From assembly GCA_958295945.1 (NCBI GenBank), contig OY282386.1, forward strand, positions 2,181,864 through 2,245,863: a DNA stretch of 64,000 nucleotides, written 5' to 3'. The number at the start of each line of letters is the position of its first letter. Position 1 is the first letter of the stretch. Positions 1 to 8,221 of the stretch are shown piece by piece. A program made the translations under genes and the position numbers. Below the pieces are notes generated by a model. That model ran no database searches. It was not told the DNA's origin and saw only the letters and a list, made by a program, of their open reading frames with translations. Source of the DNA: Candidatus Poribacteria bacterium (GTDB lineage Bacteria > Poribacteria > WGA-4E > WGA-3G).

Positions 1-1431
1 TTTCATGATGTAAAGTTACGTGCAGATGCAAGAGAAGCTGTATATCAACTGCCGAATAAAGTGCGTTCTATTGCAGAAATGTACTATCTGGATTTATTTA
101 GTGTGAATGATATTGCTGAAGAATATAACCTACCAATTGGAACGGTAAAGTCAAAACTGAGCGAAGTCCGACAACTACTACGAAAAGAATTTCAAATTGA
201 ACCTACAAAGGAGAACACAATGTCAACAAAACATGACAAACATGAAAATGGTGGAATTAAATGTAAGATAATTGGTGTAGGTGGAGCAGGATGCAATGCT
301 GTCAAACAGCTCAACAAAAAAGAAGACACTGACATAATTGATTATGGGATGGATGATAGAACTGAATTAGAATTCTATGCGATTGATACAGACAGTGAGA
401 CTTTAAAATCTTGTAATGAAATCACTCAGATTCAAATTGGTGCTACCGTTACACAAGGACAAGGAACGGGAGGGAGTCTTGAACTTGGTAGAAGAGCAGC
501 TGCCGAAAACATGGATGACCTTCACTCCATAGTATCAGATTCTGATATGCTTTTTATTATCGCTGGAATGGGCGGTGGAACGGGGACTGCAGTTGCACCC
601 GTACTCGCATCTTTAGCACGTGTACATAAAACATTGACTGTCTGCATTGCAACCCGACCACTTGACACTGAGAAAAAACACAAAAAAGAAAATGCTGATG
701 AAGGATTGAGTGAACTCCAAGAGGATCCAGATTCATGTGCAGATGCTATTATCGTGATACCGAACGGGCAAATCTTAAATTCACAAGGACTGAATTTGCC
801 AATGAATGAATTATTCCAGCAAAACAATGAAATACTCGTCCATGGAGTTAGCATCATTTTAGATATATTGGTAGAAGAATGTGAGATCACCGTTGGAATT
901 GATGACATACGAAGTCTTCTTAGTAATCAAGGAACTATGTTGATGGGAATTGGGAAGGCAAAGGGGGAAAATCGAGCAACAATTGCTGCCGAAAACGCAA
1001 TTAACTCGCTTCTCATTCAAGAAAACACAGTTGAATCAGATGCCGATATGTTAGTTAACATATATTCACCACCCAATTTCACAATGCATGAACTTGACCA
1101 AGCGATGCGTGTCATTTGTGAAAAATATCTCGATGCACAACCCATCTTTGGATTAATCTTTAAGGATGAATTAGAAAAGAACGATGAATTAATTGTTACG
1201 ATAATATCAAGTTGTGCAGAAAAGCAAGAAACATCTGCCCCATCAATTCCTCCACGGGATAGAGGCAAAACTCCAATAGATGACCACCAAGCACCATCTT
1301 CATCTGATCCTGATTCTTTATCATCACAAAGTCGAGATTTATTTAACATATTGATCAATGACCAACAGATACCAGAATCTGTACAGTTAGCTATTGATAA
1401 CAGTGTATCTGTTGTAATTCTTCCAGACTAA
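1..1431 (+). CDS. Partial (5' truncated) sigma-70/ECF region-4 domain fused in frame to an FtsZ/tubulin-like GTPase domain
   Basis: Frame 1 is open from base 1 (FHDVKLRADAREAVYQLPNKVRSIAEMYYLDLFSVNDIAEEYNLPIGTVKSKLSEVRQLLRK = sigma4-type HTH), followed by FtsZ motifs IIGVGGAGCNAV, AIDTD, GQGTGG, AGMGGGTGT, GTMLMGIG. Confidence 0.85.
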   Translation, partial: FHDVKLRADAREAVYQLPNKVRSIAEMYYLDLFSVNDIAEEYNLPIGTVKSKLSEVRQLLRKEFQIEPTKENTMSTKHDKHENGGIKCKIIGVGGAGCNAVKQLNKKEDTDIIDYGMDDRTELEFYAIDTDSETLKSCNEITQIQIGATVTQGQGTGGSLELGRRAAAENMDDLHSIVSDSDMLFIIAGMGGGTGTAVAPVLASLARVHKTLTVCIATRPLDTEKKHKKENADEGLSELQEDPDSCADAIIVIPNGQILNSQGLNLPMNELFQQNNEILVHGVSIILDILVEECEITVGIDDIRSLLSNQGTMLMGIGKAKGENRATIAAENAINSLLIQENTVESDADMLVNIYSPPNFTMHELDQAMRVICEKYLDAQPIFGLIFKDELEKNDELIVTIISSCAEKQETSAPSIPPRDRGKTPIDDHQAPSSSDPDSLSSQSRDLFNILINDQQIPESVQLAIDNSVSVVILPD

Positions 1432-1540
1432 ATCTCGGAGTACCACTATACTCACCTGAGTTGCTATCTATCGCTTGTAGGAGTGAATCAACTCCAAATA
1501 CGCGAAATCTACTAATACTAAATATCCCTGCAATAACAAC

Positions 1541-1675
1541 GGGTGTGGGGTGTATAAAGTCTTTGTCACTAACTTCTCACCATGAATTGTAGGGGCGGGT
1601 CTCTGTGCCCGCCCGTTGCATTACAGGACAAGGAATGGCGGCGCACAGAGACCCGGGGAACGCCAAAAGGCGTTC
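1541..1675. repeat. REP-like inverted doublet (GTAG-GGGCGGGTCTCTGTGCCCGCCC family) with conserved flank
   Basis: gtaggggcgggtctctgtgcccgccc at 1589-1614, inverted partner ggcggcgcacagagaccc at 1638-1654; flank gggtgtataaagtctttgtcactaacttctcacc recurs inverted at 14268-14300. Confidence 0.8.
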
Positions 1676-2282
1676 ATACCGTTGATTTCTTGATTTCTTG
1701 AATTGGCACTTTGTCAGTGCTCTGGACTTTAATCTCAAATTACCCTATTTATTTCCTAATCTTCATTAGGACGATATGTCTGTACTACCCAGTGCTCATA
1801 ACCATATCGTCCTTACAGGCCTAAAAAATGTGTGTTGAACAATGAAAAATATGTCCATTGCCAAAAAAATAATTTGACATAAGTCCATTTATATGTTAAT
1901 ATATATTTATTATTTATTTTAACATGCGTGTTACATACAATATAACAAATCTAAGAAATTTATAAGAGCAAAATAATGGAAACTATTATGAAGATAAAAG
2001 ACGATATTCATGCAATTCATCACACATTTCTATACAAAAATAACGGACAAATCTCAGCATCTCAAAAAAATCTTACAGTTTTGCGAAATTCAAATTTTAG
2101 TGTCATCAAAATATGTCCTATAAACCCATACAGAAACTGAGTCTATAGGCAATTTTCCCGTCTTACAGTTGTAAGAGATTTCTTACAGTTTCGTAACTTT
2201 TCAAGAAGAAGACAGACCATGAAATTGCAAGATAAACACAATGAATTTGTCATCAGATACTACACAAAAATGACTACTCTCA

Positions 2283-2374
2283 TAGTCCTGGTTAGGTGGG
2301 GTTTCCTAACCGAACCTAACGGTACTGGAAGGACGCTAAATTGACGACTATAGTGACAAAAACTTTACACACCC
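2283..2374. repeat. REP-like element (GGTTTCCTAACC hairpin + ctaaattgacgactatag + tagtgacaaaaactttacacaccc)
   Basis: Same sub-motifs recur at 14053-14133, 14275-14300 and 36049-36114. Confidence 0.7.
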
Positions 2375-2448
2375 ACAACAGCTAACATATTTGAAATAAT
2401 ATCCCATCCGTGCTATACTATCACGACATACATAAACGGTAGCAAAAT

Positions 2449-3186
2449 ATGCACATACGACCAAACTTTCTACAACAAACCATTGAATCTGCAATCACAT
2501 TTATATATCCAGCACAGTGCCACGTCTGTAAAAAACAACTCGGTTTTGAATCTGCTCCATATATCTGCGATACATGTTGGAAATTTATTGAATTTATTCA
2601 ATCGCCATGGTGTGAAATCTGCGGAATACCATATACTGAAGACCTGTGTAATTCCTGTGCAACGAAACCACCACGTTTCGGCAAACTGCGGACGATTGCA
2701 GTGTATGAAAACACTATACAACAAGCAATACATCTATTTAAATTTAACAAACGATATTCACTCAGTCATACCCTAAAACAACTCATTTTGGATAACATAC
2801 CATGCGACTTAAACCTAACTGACTATGACTACGTCCTTCCAGTACCTATTCACAAAAAACGTCTACGTGAACGTGGGTTTAACCAGTCTACGTTGTTGGC
2901 AAAAGGGATCGCGAAAGTAGTAGGTCTTAGAGTATTAGAGGATGTACTTATTAGAGAAAAAAACACATCACCGCAAAGTAGTTTAGACAGAGAAGCACGT
3001 CAAACTAACATCAAGGGTGCATTCAAAATACAGAATGCTGACATAATACGTGACAAACATATTCTTGTGTTTGATGATGTCTTTACCACGGGTGCTACTG
3101 TGCGTGAAGTTGTAAATGTCCTATGGGATGCCGACCCAATGGAAATCGACGTGCTAACTTTAGCAAGGACTCTAAACCCCTATTGA
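2449..3186 (+). CDS. comF: ComF family amidophosphoribosyltransferase-like protein with double zinc ribbon
   Basis: CHVC/CDTC/CEIC/CNSC zinc ribbon, PVPIH..RLRERGFNQS and LVFDDVFTTGATV PRTase motif. Confidence 0.9.
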   Translation: MHIRPNFLQQTIESAITFIYPAQCHVCKKQLGFESAPYICDTCWKFIEFIQSPWCEICGIPYTEDLCNSCATKPPRFGKLRTIAVYENTIQQAIHLFKFNKRYSLSHTLKQLILDNIPCDLNLTDYDYVLPVPIHKKRLRERGFNQSTLLAKGIAKVVGLRVLEDVLIREKNTSPQSSLDREARQTNIKGAFKIQNADIIRDKHILVFDDVFTTGATVREVVNVLWDADPMEIDVLTLARTLNPY

Positions 3187-3283
3187 AACCAATCAATAAT
3201 GTTTATCGTATATACAAGTAGGTTAACTGCATGATAATAAAGCGTTAATATATAGATTTTACAATTGTCCTGACATTTGATTT

Positions 3284-3435
3284 GTAGGAGGGAACGCCGT
3301 TTCCCGACTTCCATACTGTTTCGTCGCGATACGGAGAACGTTCCTATAGAAATGCTGTAACACATTTTTTAAATTCCTATAGAATAACCCGAGTTGCCAC
3401 CTATGGTTTGTTAGAGGGTTTATAACCCCGATTTA
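3284..3435. repeat. REP-like cluster upstream of smc
   Basis: gtaggagggaacgccgtttcccgac hairpin; aacccgagttgccacctatgg...gggtttataaccccgattta (3386-3435) is repeated at 8076-8126. Confidence 0.65.
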
Positions 3436-3477
3436 GAACAGAAAGCATTAAGATAATTTATTGGTAGGAGGAAAATT

Positions 3478-6400
3478 TTGCACTTAAAAAGCATCAAAAT
3501 CAGAGGATTCAAGAGCTTCGCCGAAGAAGTTGATTTATTACTCGAACCTGGCATCACAACCATTGTCGGTCCAAACGGATGTGGTAAGAGTAATGTTTCC
3601 GATGCAATACGATGGGTATTAGGTGAACAGAGTCCCAGAGCACTTCGCTGCACCAGCATGCGAGACCTACTATTTAACGGTGGATCAAACTTTAATCCCG
3701 CTCAAAAAGCAAGTGTTACACTCGCACTTACCAATATTTCTGAAAAACTATCAATTCAGTCACCTGATGTTGAAGTTTGCAGACAACTCACACGCGATGG
3801 AGAGAGTAGTTATCTTATCAACCAGACAGCATGTAGACTACGCGATATCAGCGAACTATTTATGGATACAGGTGTTGGAGTTGATGCATACTCTGTGATG
3901 GAACAGAGTAAAATTGATATGATACTTAACGTTCGTCCAGAAGAAAGACGCTTTCTATTTGATGAAGTTGCGGGTATTACAAAATCTAAGCATAACAAAA
4001 AGACTGCTCTACGTAAGTTAGAAGAGACAAAACAGAATTTAGTCCGGATAAACGATGTGATTCAGGAATTAGAACGTGAAACGGAATCTCTAAAATCACA
4101 GGCTGAACAAGCCGAACGCTATAAATCACTGAAAGAACAACAACAGAAATTAGAATTAGGTCTTGCATATCGGGAATACGAAAAACTTGCAGTTGAACAT
4201 CTTGAAGCACAAAATAAACTGAATGAATTAATAAACCAAGTCAGTGAAGCAAATCAAGATATACAGGAGGCTGAAGATAGAGTTGAAAGCGCATCTATTA
4301 AAAGAAGTGAACTGGATACTGCAATCGCTACTGCGCAAGAAAAGAAAAATGAAATAGAAGGTCAAATAGATAAGATTGAACGACAGCTTGTAGTATACAA
4401 AGAAAACCAAATAAATATAGCACAGCAGCGGCAAAGAGCATTGCAAACACTTGAATCCTTAAAAACACAACATATTCATCTACAAACGCAGAAAAAGGAG
4501 CGGTTACAAGAAAAGAAAAGAAAAGAGGCATCATTAAAAATTGAGGAAAGTCGAGTATCAGGACGTAAGCAACTTTTACAGGAATTGAGTACACGAATTG
4601 ACAATACCAATCAAACTATACAAGAGGCACAAAACGATCTGCAGGAGACTATCGCTGAACTTTCCCATCTTCAAAATAAAAGAACTTCCATTGAAGATAA
4701 GGTTACAAATACACAGAACAGTCTTGACCGGTTGAAAGAAAATTCTGACACGCTAAATGCTGAACTAAAAACTGCAAATGACAACCGTGAGGAAATACAA
4801 CATGCCGCTACAAAATTAGATGCTGACATAATACAGATTGAAACTGAAAAAGAGAAAGTTGAAGCAACGTTCAACGAAACTCAAGACGCTCTTCGTCAGA
4901 TTGATACAAGAATACGCGGGTTACAAGATACATTAGGTATAAATCAAACCCAACATAGAACCTTGACGCAAATGCAAGCCTCCTATAGAGGATACTATGC
5001 TGGTGTCAGTGCAATTATGCAAGCAAAAGAGCATTATCCTGAACAGTTTAGCGGGATTTGCGGTGTTGTCGCAGAACTCATACAGACACAAAACGATTAT
5101 GAGGTCGCTATTGAGGTATCACTCGGCAGTGCAATACAAAATGTTATCGCTGAGACTGCAGATGATGCTGATGCAGGAATAAGATTTCTAAAAAAGCATA
5201 ATGCAGGTAGAGTGACATTTATACCACTTGACATTATCCGACGGAGAAATTTCACTGACGATGCGCTTCTTGATGAACCCGGTGTGATCGGAGTAGCTGA
5301 AGATTTGGTGGATTTCGACTACATCTATCAACCCGCAGTACAACATCTATTAGGCAACACACTTGTCATAGATAATTTGGACAATGCTATCTCACTCAAA
5401 AGAAGGTGCAACCCAAACGCTCGATTGGTTACCTTAGAAGGTGAATTGATAAATACATCTGGAGCAATCACAGGGGGGCATACTGAACAAAGAAAAACAG
5501 GACTTCTCAGTAGAACCAACGAGCTTGATGTTTTACAGACAAAGATTGATGAATTAACAAAATTAGTAAATCAGACCGAACAAAAACGTAAATCTTATGC
5601 AGCAACTATTGCACAAGCACAACAATCAAGACAGTCATTTTCAACACAATGGCAGGATAAAAAAATTGAAAGAGCTGCTATAACCAAAGATATTGAACAA
5701 ATTGACCAAAACATTGTCCGAATTGAAAAACAAATAGCAGAAAATGAAGTTGAAAATAGACAACACGAGGAAACTGCTGATCTTTCAAGAGATGAACAAC
5801 TGCAACTTTATGAAAAAATAGAAGAACTCACGAAAAAAAGAACTCAAAATGAAAATAGAATAAAACGTGTTACTGAAAGTATAGATAGTGATAAACGTAA
5901 ACAGGATGAAGTGGCTAACGAAGTTCAGGAGAATGAAATCTTTTTGGCAGGACAACACGGTATTATCGATGGTATGAGTACTGAACTTGAAGGTTTTGAT
6001 GACAGAGAAATTCAAATTGAAGAGGAAATGAAAAAACAACAGGACATAATTAACAATGATGAACAAACTAAACAAGACATATCTGACCAAATTAGAGAAG
6101 CGGAACGAAAATTCCTCCAAATTCAAGGTGATTTTGCAGAAGCTGAAGCAGAATATGACGAACTAGTTGAAGAACGAGATGAACTAGTAATAGAAATTGA
6201 AAATCTACAGAAAGATATGCGTGGAACACGAAGATTGTATGAAAAGCAGAATCGAGCACGGACGCAACTTGAGATTAAAACTACGCAACTTGAAATGCGA
6301 ATCAAATCCAACTCCACACGGATCCTTGATAAATACCAAGTTTCTATTGAAGAACTGCCAAAGCCTATGCTCAATGTTTCAAATTCTGAAAATGAAACTA

Positions 6401-7089
6401 ATACCTACGAAGCAAATCAGTCAGAAATCAATGAAATTGACATGATGGATGAAATTGAGAAATTGAAAGCTGAATTGGCTGCAATGGGAGATATCAATCT
6501 CAAGGCAATTGAAGCACATGAGGAACACAAGAAGCGACTGGATTTCCTTGTTTCACAACGTGAAGACGTTCAACAATCTATACAATCCTCATATCAAGCA
6601 ATACAAAAAATTAACGAAACATCATGTGAAGTGTTCCTGAAAACATTCGAACAGGTAAAAACCAATTTCCAAGAAGTTTTTTCCCAACTCTTTGGTGGTG
6701 GTGAAACAGAATTAAGATTGACTGATGAAACAAATCTATTAGAATCGGGAATTGATATTATCGCTCGTCCACCGGGTAAACGTCCACAGAGCATTACACA
6801 ACTTTCTGGTGGTGAACGTTCACTTGTTGCAATCGGGTTGTTGTTCGCTGTTTTCAAAATAAAACCGAGTCCTTTCTGTGTGCTTGATGAAGTAGATGCA
6901 GCACTTGACGAAGCAAACGTACTCCGTTTCACAAATCTCATCCGCGCATATTCGGACAACACCCAGTTCGTCATTATCACACATAACAACCGCACAATGG
7001 AAATAGCAGACGTAATGTATGGTGTTACAATGGAACAGGCAGGAATGTCAAAAATCGTCTCTGCAAAGTTTTCAAGATTGATAGCATAA
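3478..7089 (+). CDS. smc: Chromosome segregation protein SMC
   Basis: GFKSF, GPNGCGKSN Walker A, long coiled coils, hinge (GRVTFIPLD, VTLEGE..GAITGG), LSGGE signature, LDEVDAALD; TTG start with GGAGGA SD. Confidence 0.97.
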   Translation: MHLKSIKIRGFKSFAEEVDLLLEPGITTIVGPNGCGKSNVSDAIRWVLGEQSPRALRCTSMRDLLFNGGSNFNPAQKASVTLALTNISEKLSIQSPDVEVCRQLTRDGESSYLINQTACRLRDISELFMDTGVGVDAYSVMEQSKIDMILNVRPEERRFLFDEVAGITKSKHNKKTALRKLEETKQNLVRINDVIQELERETESLKSQAEQAERYKSLKEQQQKLELGLAYREYEKLAVEHLEAQNKLNELINQVSEANQDIQEAEDRVESASIKRSELDTAIATAQEKKNEIEGQIDKIERQLVVYKENQINIAQQRQRALQTLESLKTQHIHLQTQKKERLQEKKRKEASLKIEESRVSGRKQLLQELSTRIDNTNQTIQEAQNDLQETIAELSHLQNKRTSIEDKVTNTQNSLDRLKENSDTLNAELKTANDNREEIQHAATKLDADIIQIETEKEKVEATFNETQDALRQIDTRIRGLQDTLGINQTQHRTLTQMQASYRGYYAGVSAIMQAKEHYPEQFSGICGVVAELIQTQNDYEVAIEVSLGSAIQNVIAETADDADAGIRFLKKHNAGRVTFIPLDIIRRRNFTDDALLDEPGVIGVAEDLVDFDYIYQPAVQHLLGNTLVIDNLDNAISLKRRCNPNARLVTLEGELINTSGAITGGHTEQRKTGLLSRTNELDVLQTKIDELTKLVNQTEQKRKSYAATIAQAQQSRQSFSTQWQDKKIERAAITKDIEQIDQNIVRIEKQIAENEVENRQHEETADLSRDEQLQLYEKIEELTKKRTQNENRIKRVTESIDSDKRKQDEVANEVQENEIFLAGQHGIIDGMSTELEGFDDREIQIEEEMKKQQDIINNDEQTKQDISDQIREAERKFLQIQGDFAEAEAEYDELVEERDELVIEIENLQKDMRGTRRLYEKQNRARTQLEIKTTQLEMRIKSNSTRILDKYQVSIEELPKPMLNVSNSENETNTYEANQSEINEIDMMDEIEKLKAELAAMGDINLKAIEAHEEHKKRLDFLVSQREDVQQSIQSSYQAIQKINETSCEVFLKTFEQVKTNFQEVFSQLFGGGETELRLTDETNLLESGIDIIARPPGKRPQSITQLSGGERSLVAIGLLFAVFKIKPSPFCVLDEVDAALDEANVLRFTNLIRAYSDNTQFVIITHNNRTMEIADVMYGVTMEQAGMSKIVSAKFSRLIA

Positions 7090-7114
7090 CAATTCAATAA
7101 TACAATAACAACCC

Positions 7115-8077
7115 ATGTTTGATCGTTCCCAACTCAATATCTTACCATTATCAGAACGCCAACATAAAATGACTGTAGAGGACATTTACGAGTTAGATGC
7201 CAAAACACCTCCTTATGAAAATGAAAATATCAACATCGTTGCTGAGCGGATAGTCCAAGCACGGAAAAACGGTAAGGAAGTCATCTGGATGATGGGGGCA
7301 CATGTGATGCGACGAGGAAACTCACGTTATATTATTGACCTGTTGAATAAACATGTGATAACAGCTATTGCAACAAATGGGGCATGTGCAATACACGATT
7401 TTGAACTGGCACATATCGGAGCAACACTTGAAGACGTTGAGTTATATATAAAGGATGGCAAGTTTGGCAACTGGGAGGAAACTGGACGTTATCTGAACGA
7501 AGCAATTATTAGAGGATATGAATATAAAATCGGTTTTGGTGAAGCAATCGGTAGACTGATTGCCCTCGACGAAGAGGATATCGTCTTTCCACATGATGAC
7601 ATAAGTATATTTGCTGCAGCTTACCGTTTAGGCATGCTTATAACGGTTCACAAGGGTATCGGTTACGACATAACAGACCAACATCCTGCTGCAGATTATG
7701 CCGCAATAGGTTGGACAACAGGAGAGGACTTTCTAAGTTTCGTCTCCGTTGTTTCTCGTTTGGAAGGAGGCGTTTTCCTAAACTTAGGTTCAGCGGTAAT
7801 GGGACCAGAAGTCTATCTCAAGAGTCTATCCATGGCACGAAATATCGCAGCACAACGTGGTGAAGATATTCGGAATTTCACGACTGCTAACTTTGATCTA
7901 ATCGATTTCCCAGATTTTCAGCAGGAAGGAAAGCCAACAGAAGCACATTACTATCACCGTCCAAAGAAGACAATCCTTATTCGAACAGTAAAAGACGGAG
8001 GAGAAAGCTACCACATTTCAGGTGATTTTTCTGAGACAATCCCACGTCTATATCAATTGATTCTCAAATATAGTTAA
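7115..8077 (+). CDS. Deoxyhypusine-synthase-like (DHS-like fold) hypothetical protein
   Basis: MMGAHV..RGNS, IATNGACAIHDFELA, GYDI, NLGSAVMGPEVYLKSLSMARN resemble DHS-like NAD-binding proteins (recalled pattern, not searched). Confidence 0.55.
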   Translation: MFDRSQLNILPLSERQHKMTVEDIYELDAKTPPYENENINIVAERIVQARKNGKEVIWMMGAHVMRRGNSRYIIDLLNKHVITAIATNGACAIHDFELAHIGATLEDVELYIKDGKFGNWEETGRYLNEAIIRGYEYKIGFGEAIGRLIALDEEDIVFPHDDISIFAAAYRLGMLITVHKGIGYDITDQHPAADYAAIGWTTGEDFLSFVSVVSRLEGGVFLNLGSAVMGPEVYLKSLSMARNIAAQRGEDIRNFTTANFDLIDFPDFQQEGKPTEAHYYHRPKKTILIRTVKDGGESYHISGDFSETIPRLYQLILKYS

Positions 8078-8126
8078 CCCAAGTTGCCACCTATTATTTC
8101 ATGGAGGGGTTTGTAACCCCGATTTA
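8076..8126. repeat. REP-like ~50-bp element, direct copy of 3386-3435
   Basis: aacccaagttgccacctatt...ggggtttgtaaccccgattta. Confidence 0.7.
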
Positions 8127-8221
8127 TATGAAATGGCACCAAAATATGCAGAAATCCTTTGTTTCTTCGTTCAATAAAGTAATTTGATGATTAATATTCA
8201 GTAAGTAGCAACTTAGGTTAG

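Noticed and set aside
220-1431. Canonical cell-division ftsZ
   Set aside because: Fused to a sigma domain, T7 loop degenerate, no C-terminal anchor peptide, no dcw cluster.
1541-2374. CRISPR array or tRNA/ncRNA in the palindrome-rich gaps (also 14053-14300, 26244-26299, 44980-45194)
   Set aside because: Repeats are inverted doublets or singletons without regular unique spacers; no cas genes; no cloverleaf or recognisable RNA motif.
3478-7089. Wadjet/MksBEF-type SMC defence system
   Set aside because: Full-length canonical SMC with a normal hinge; no jetA/B/D-like neighbours.
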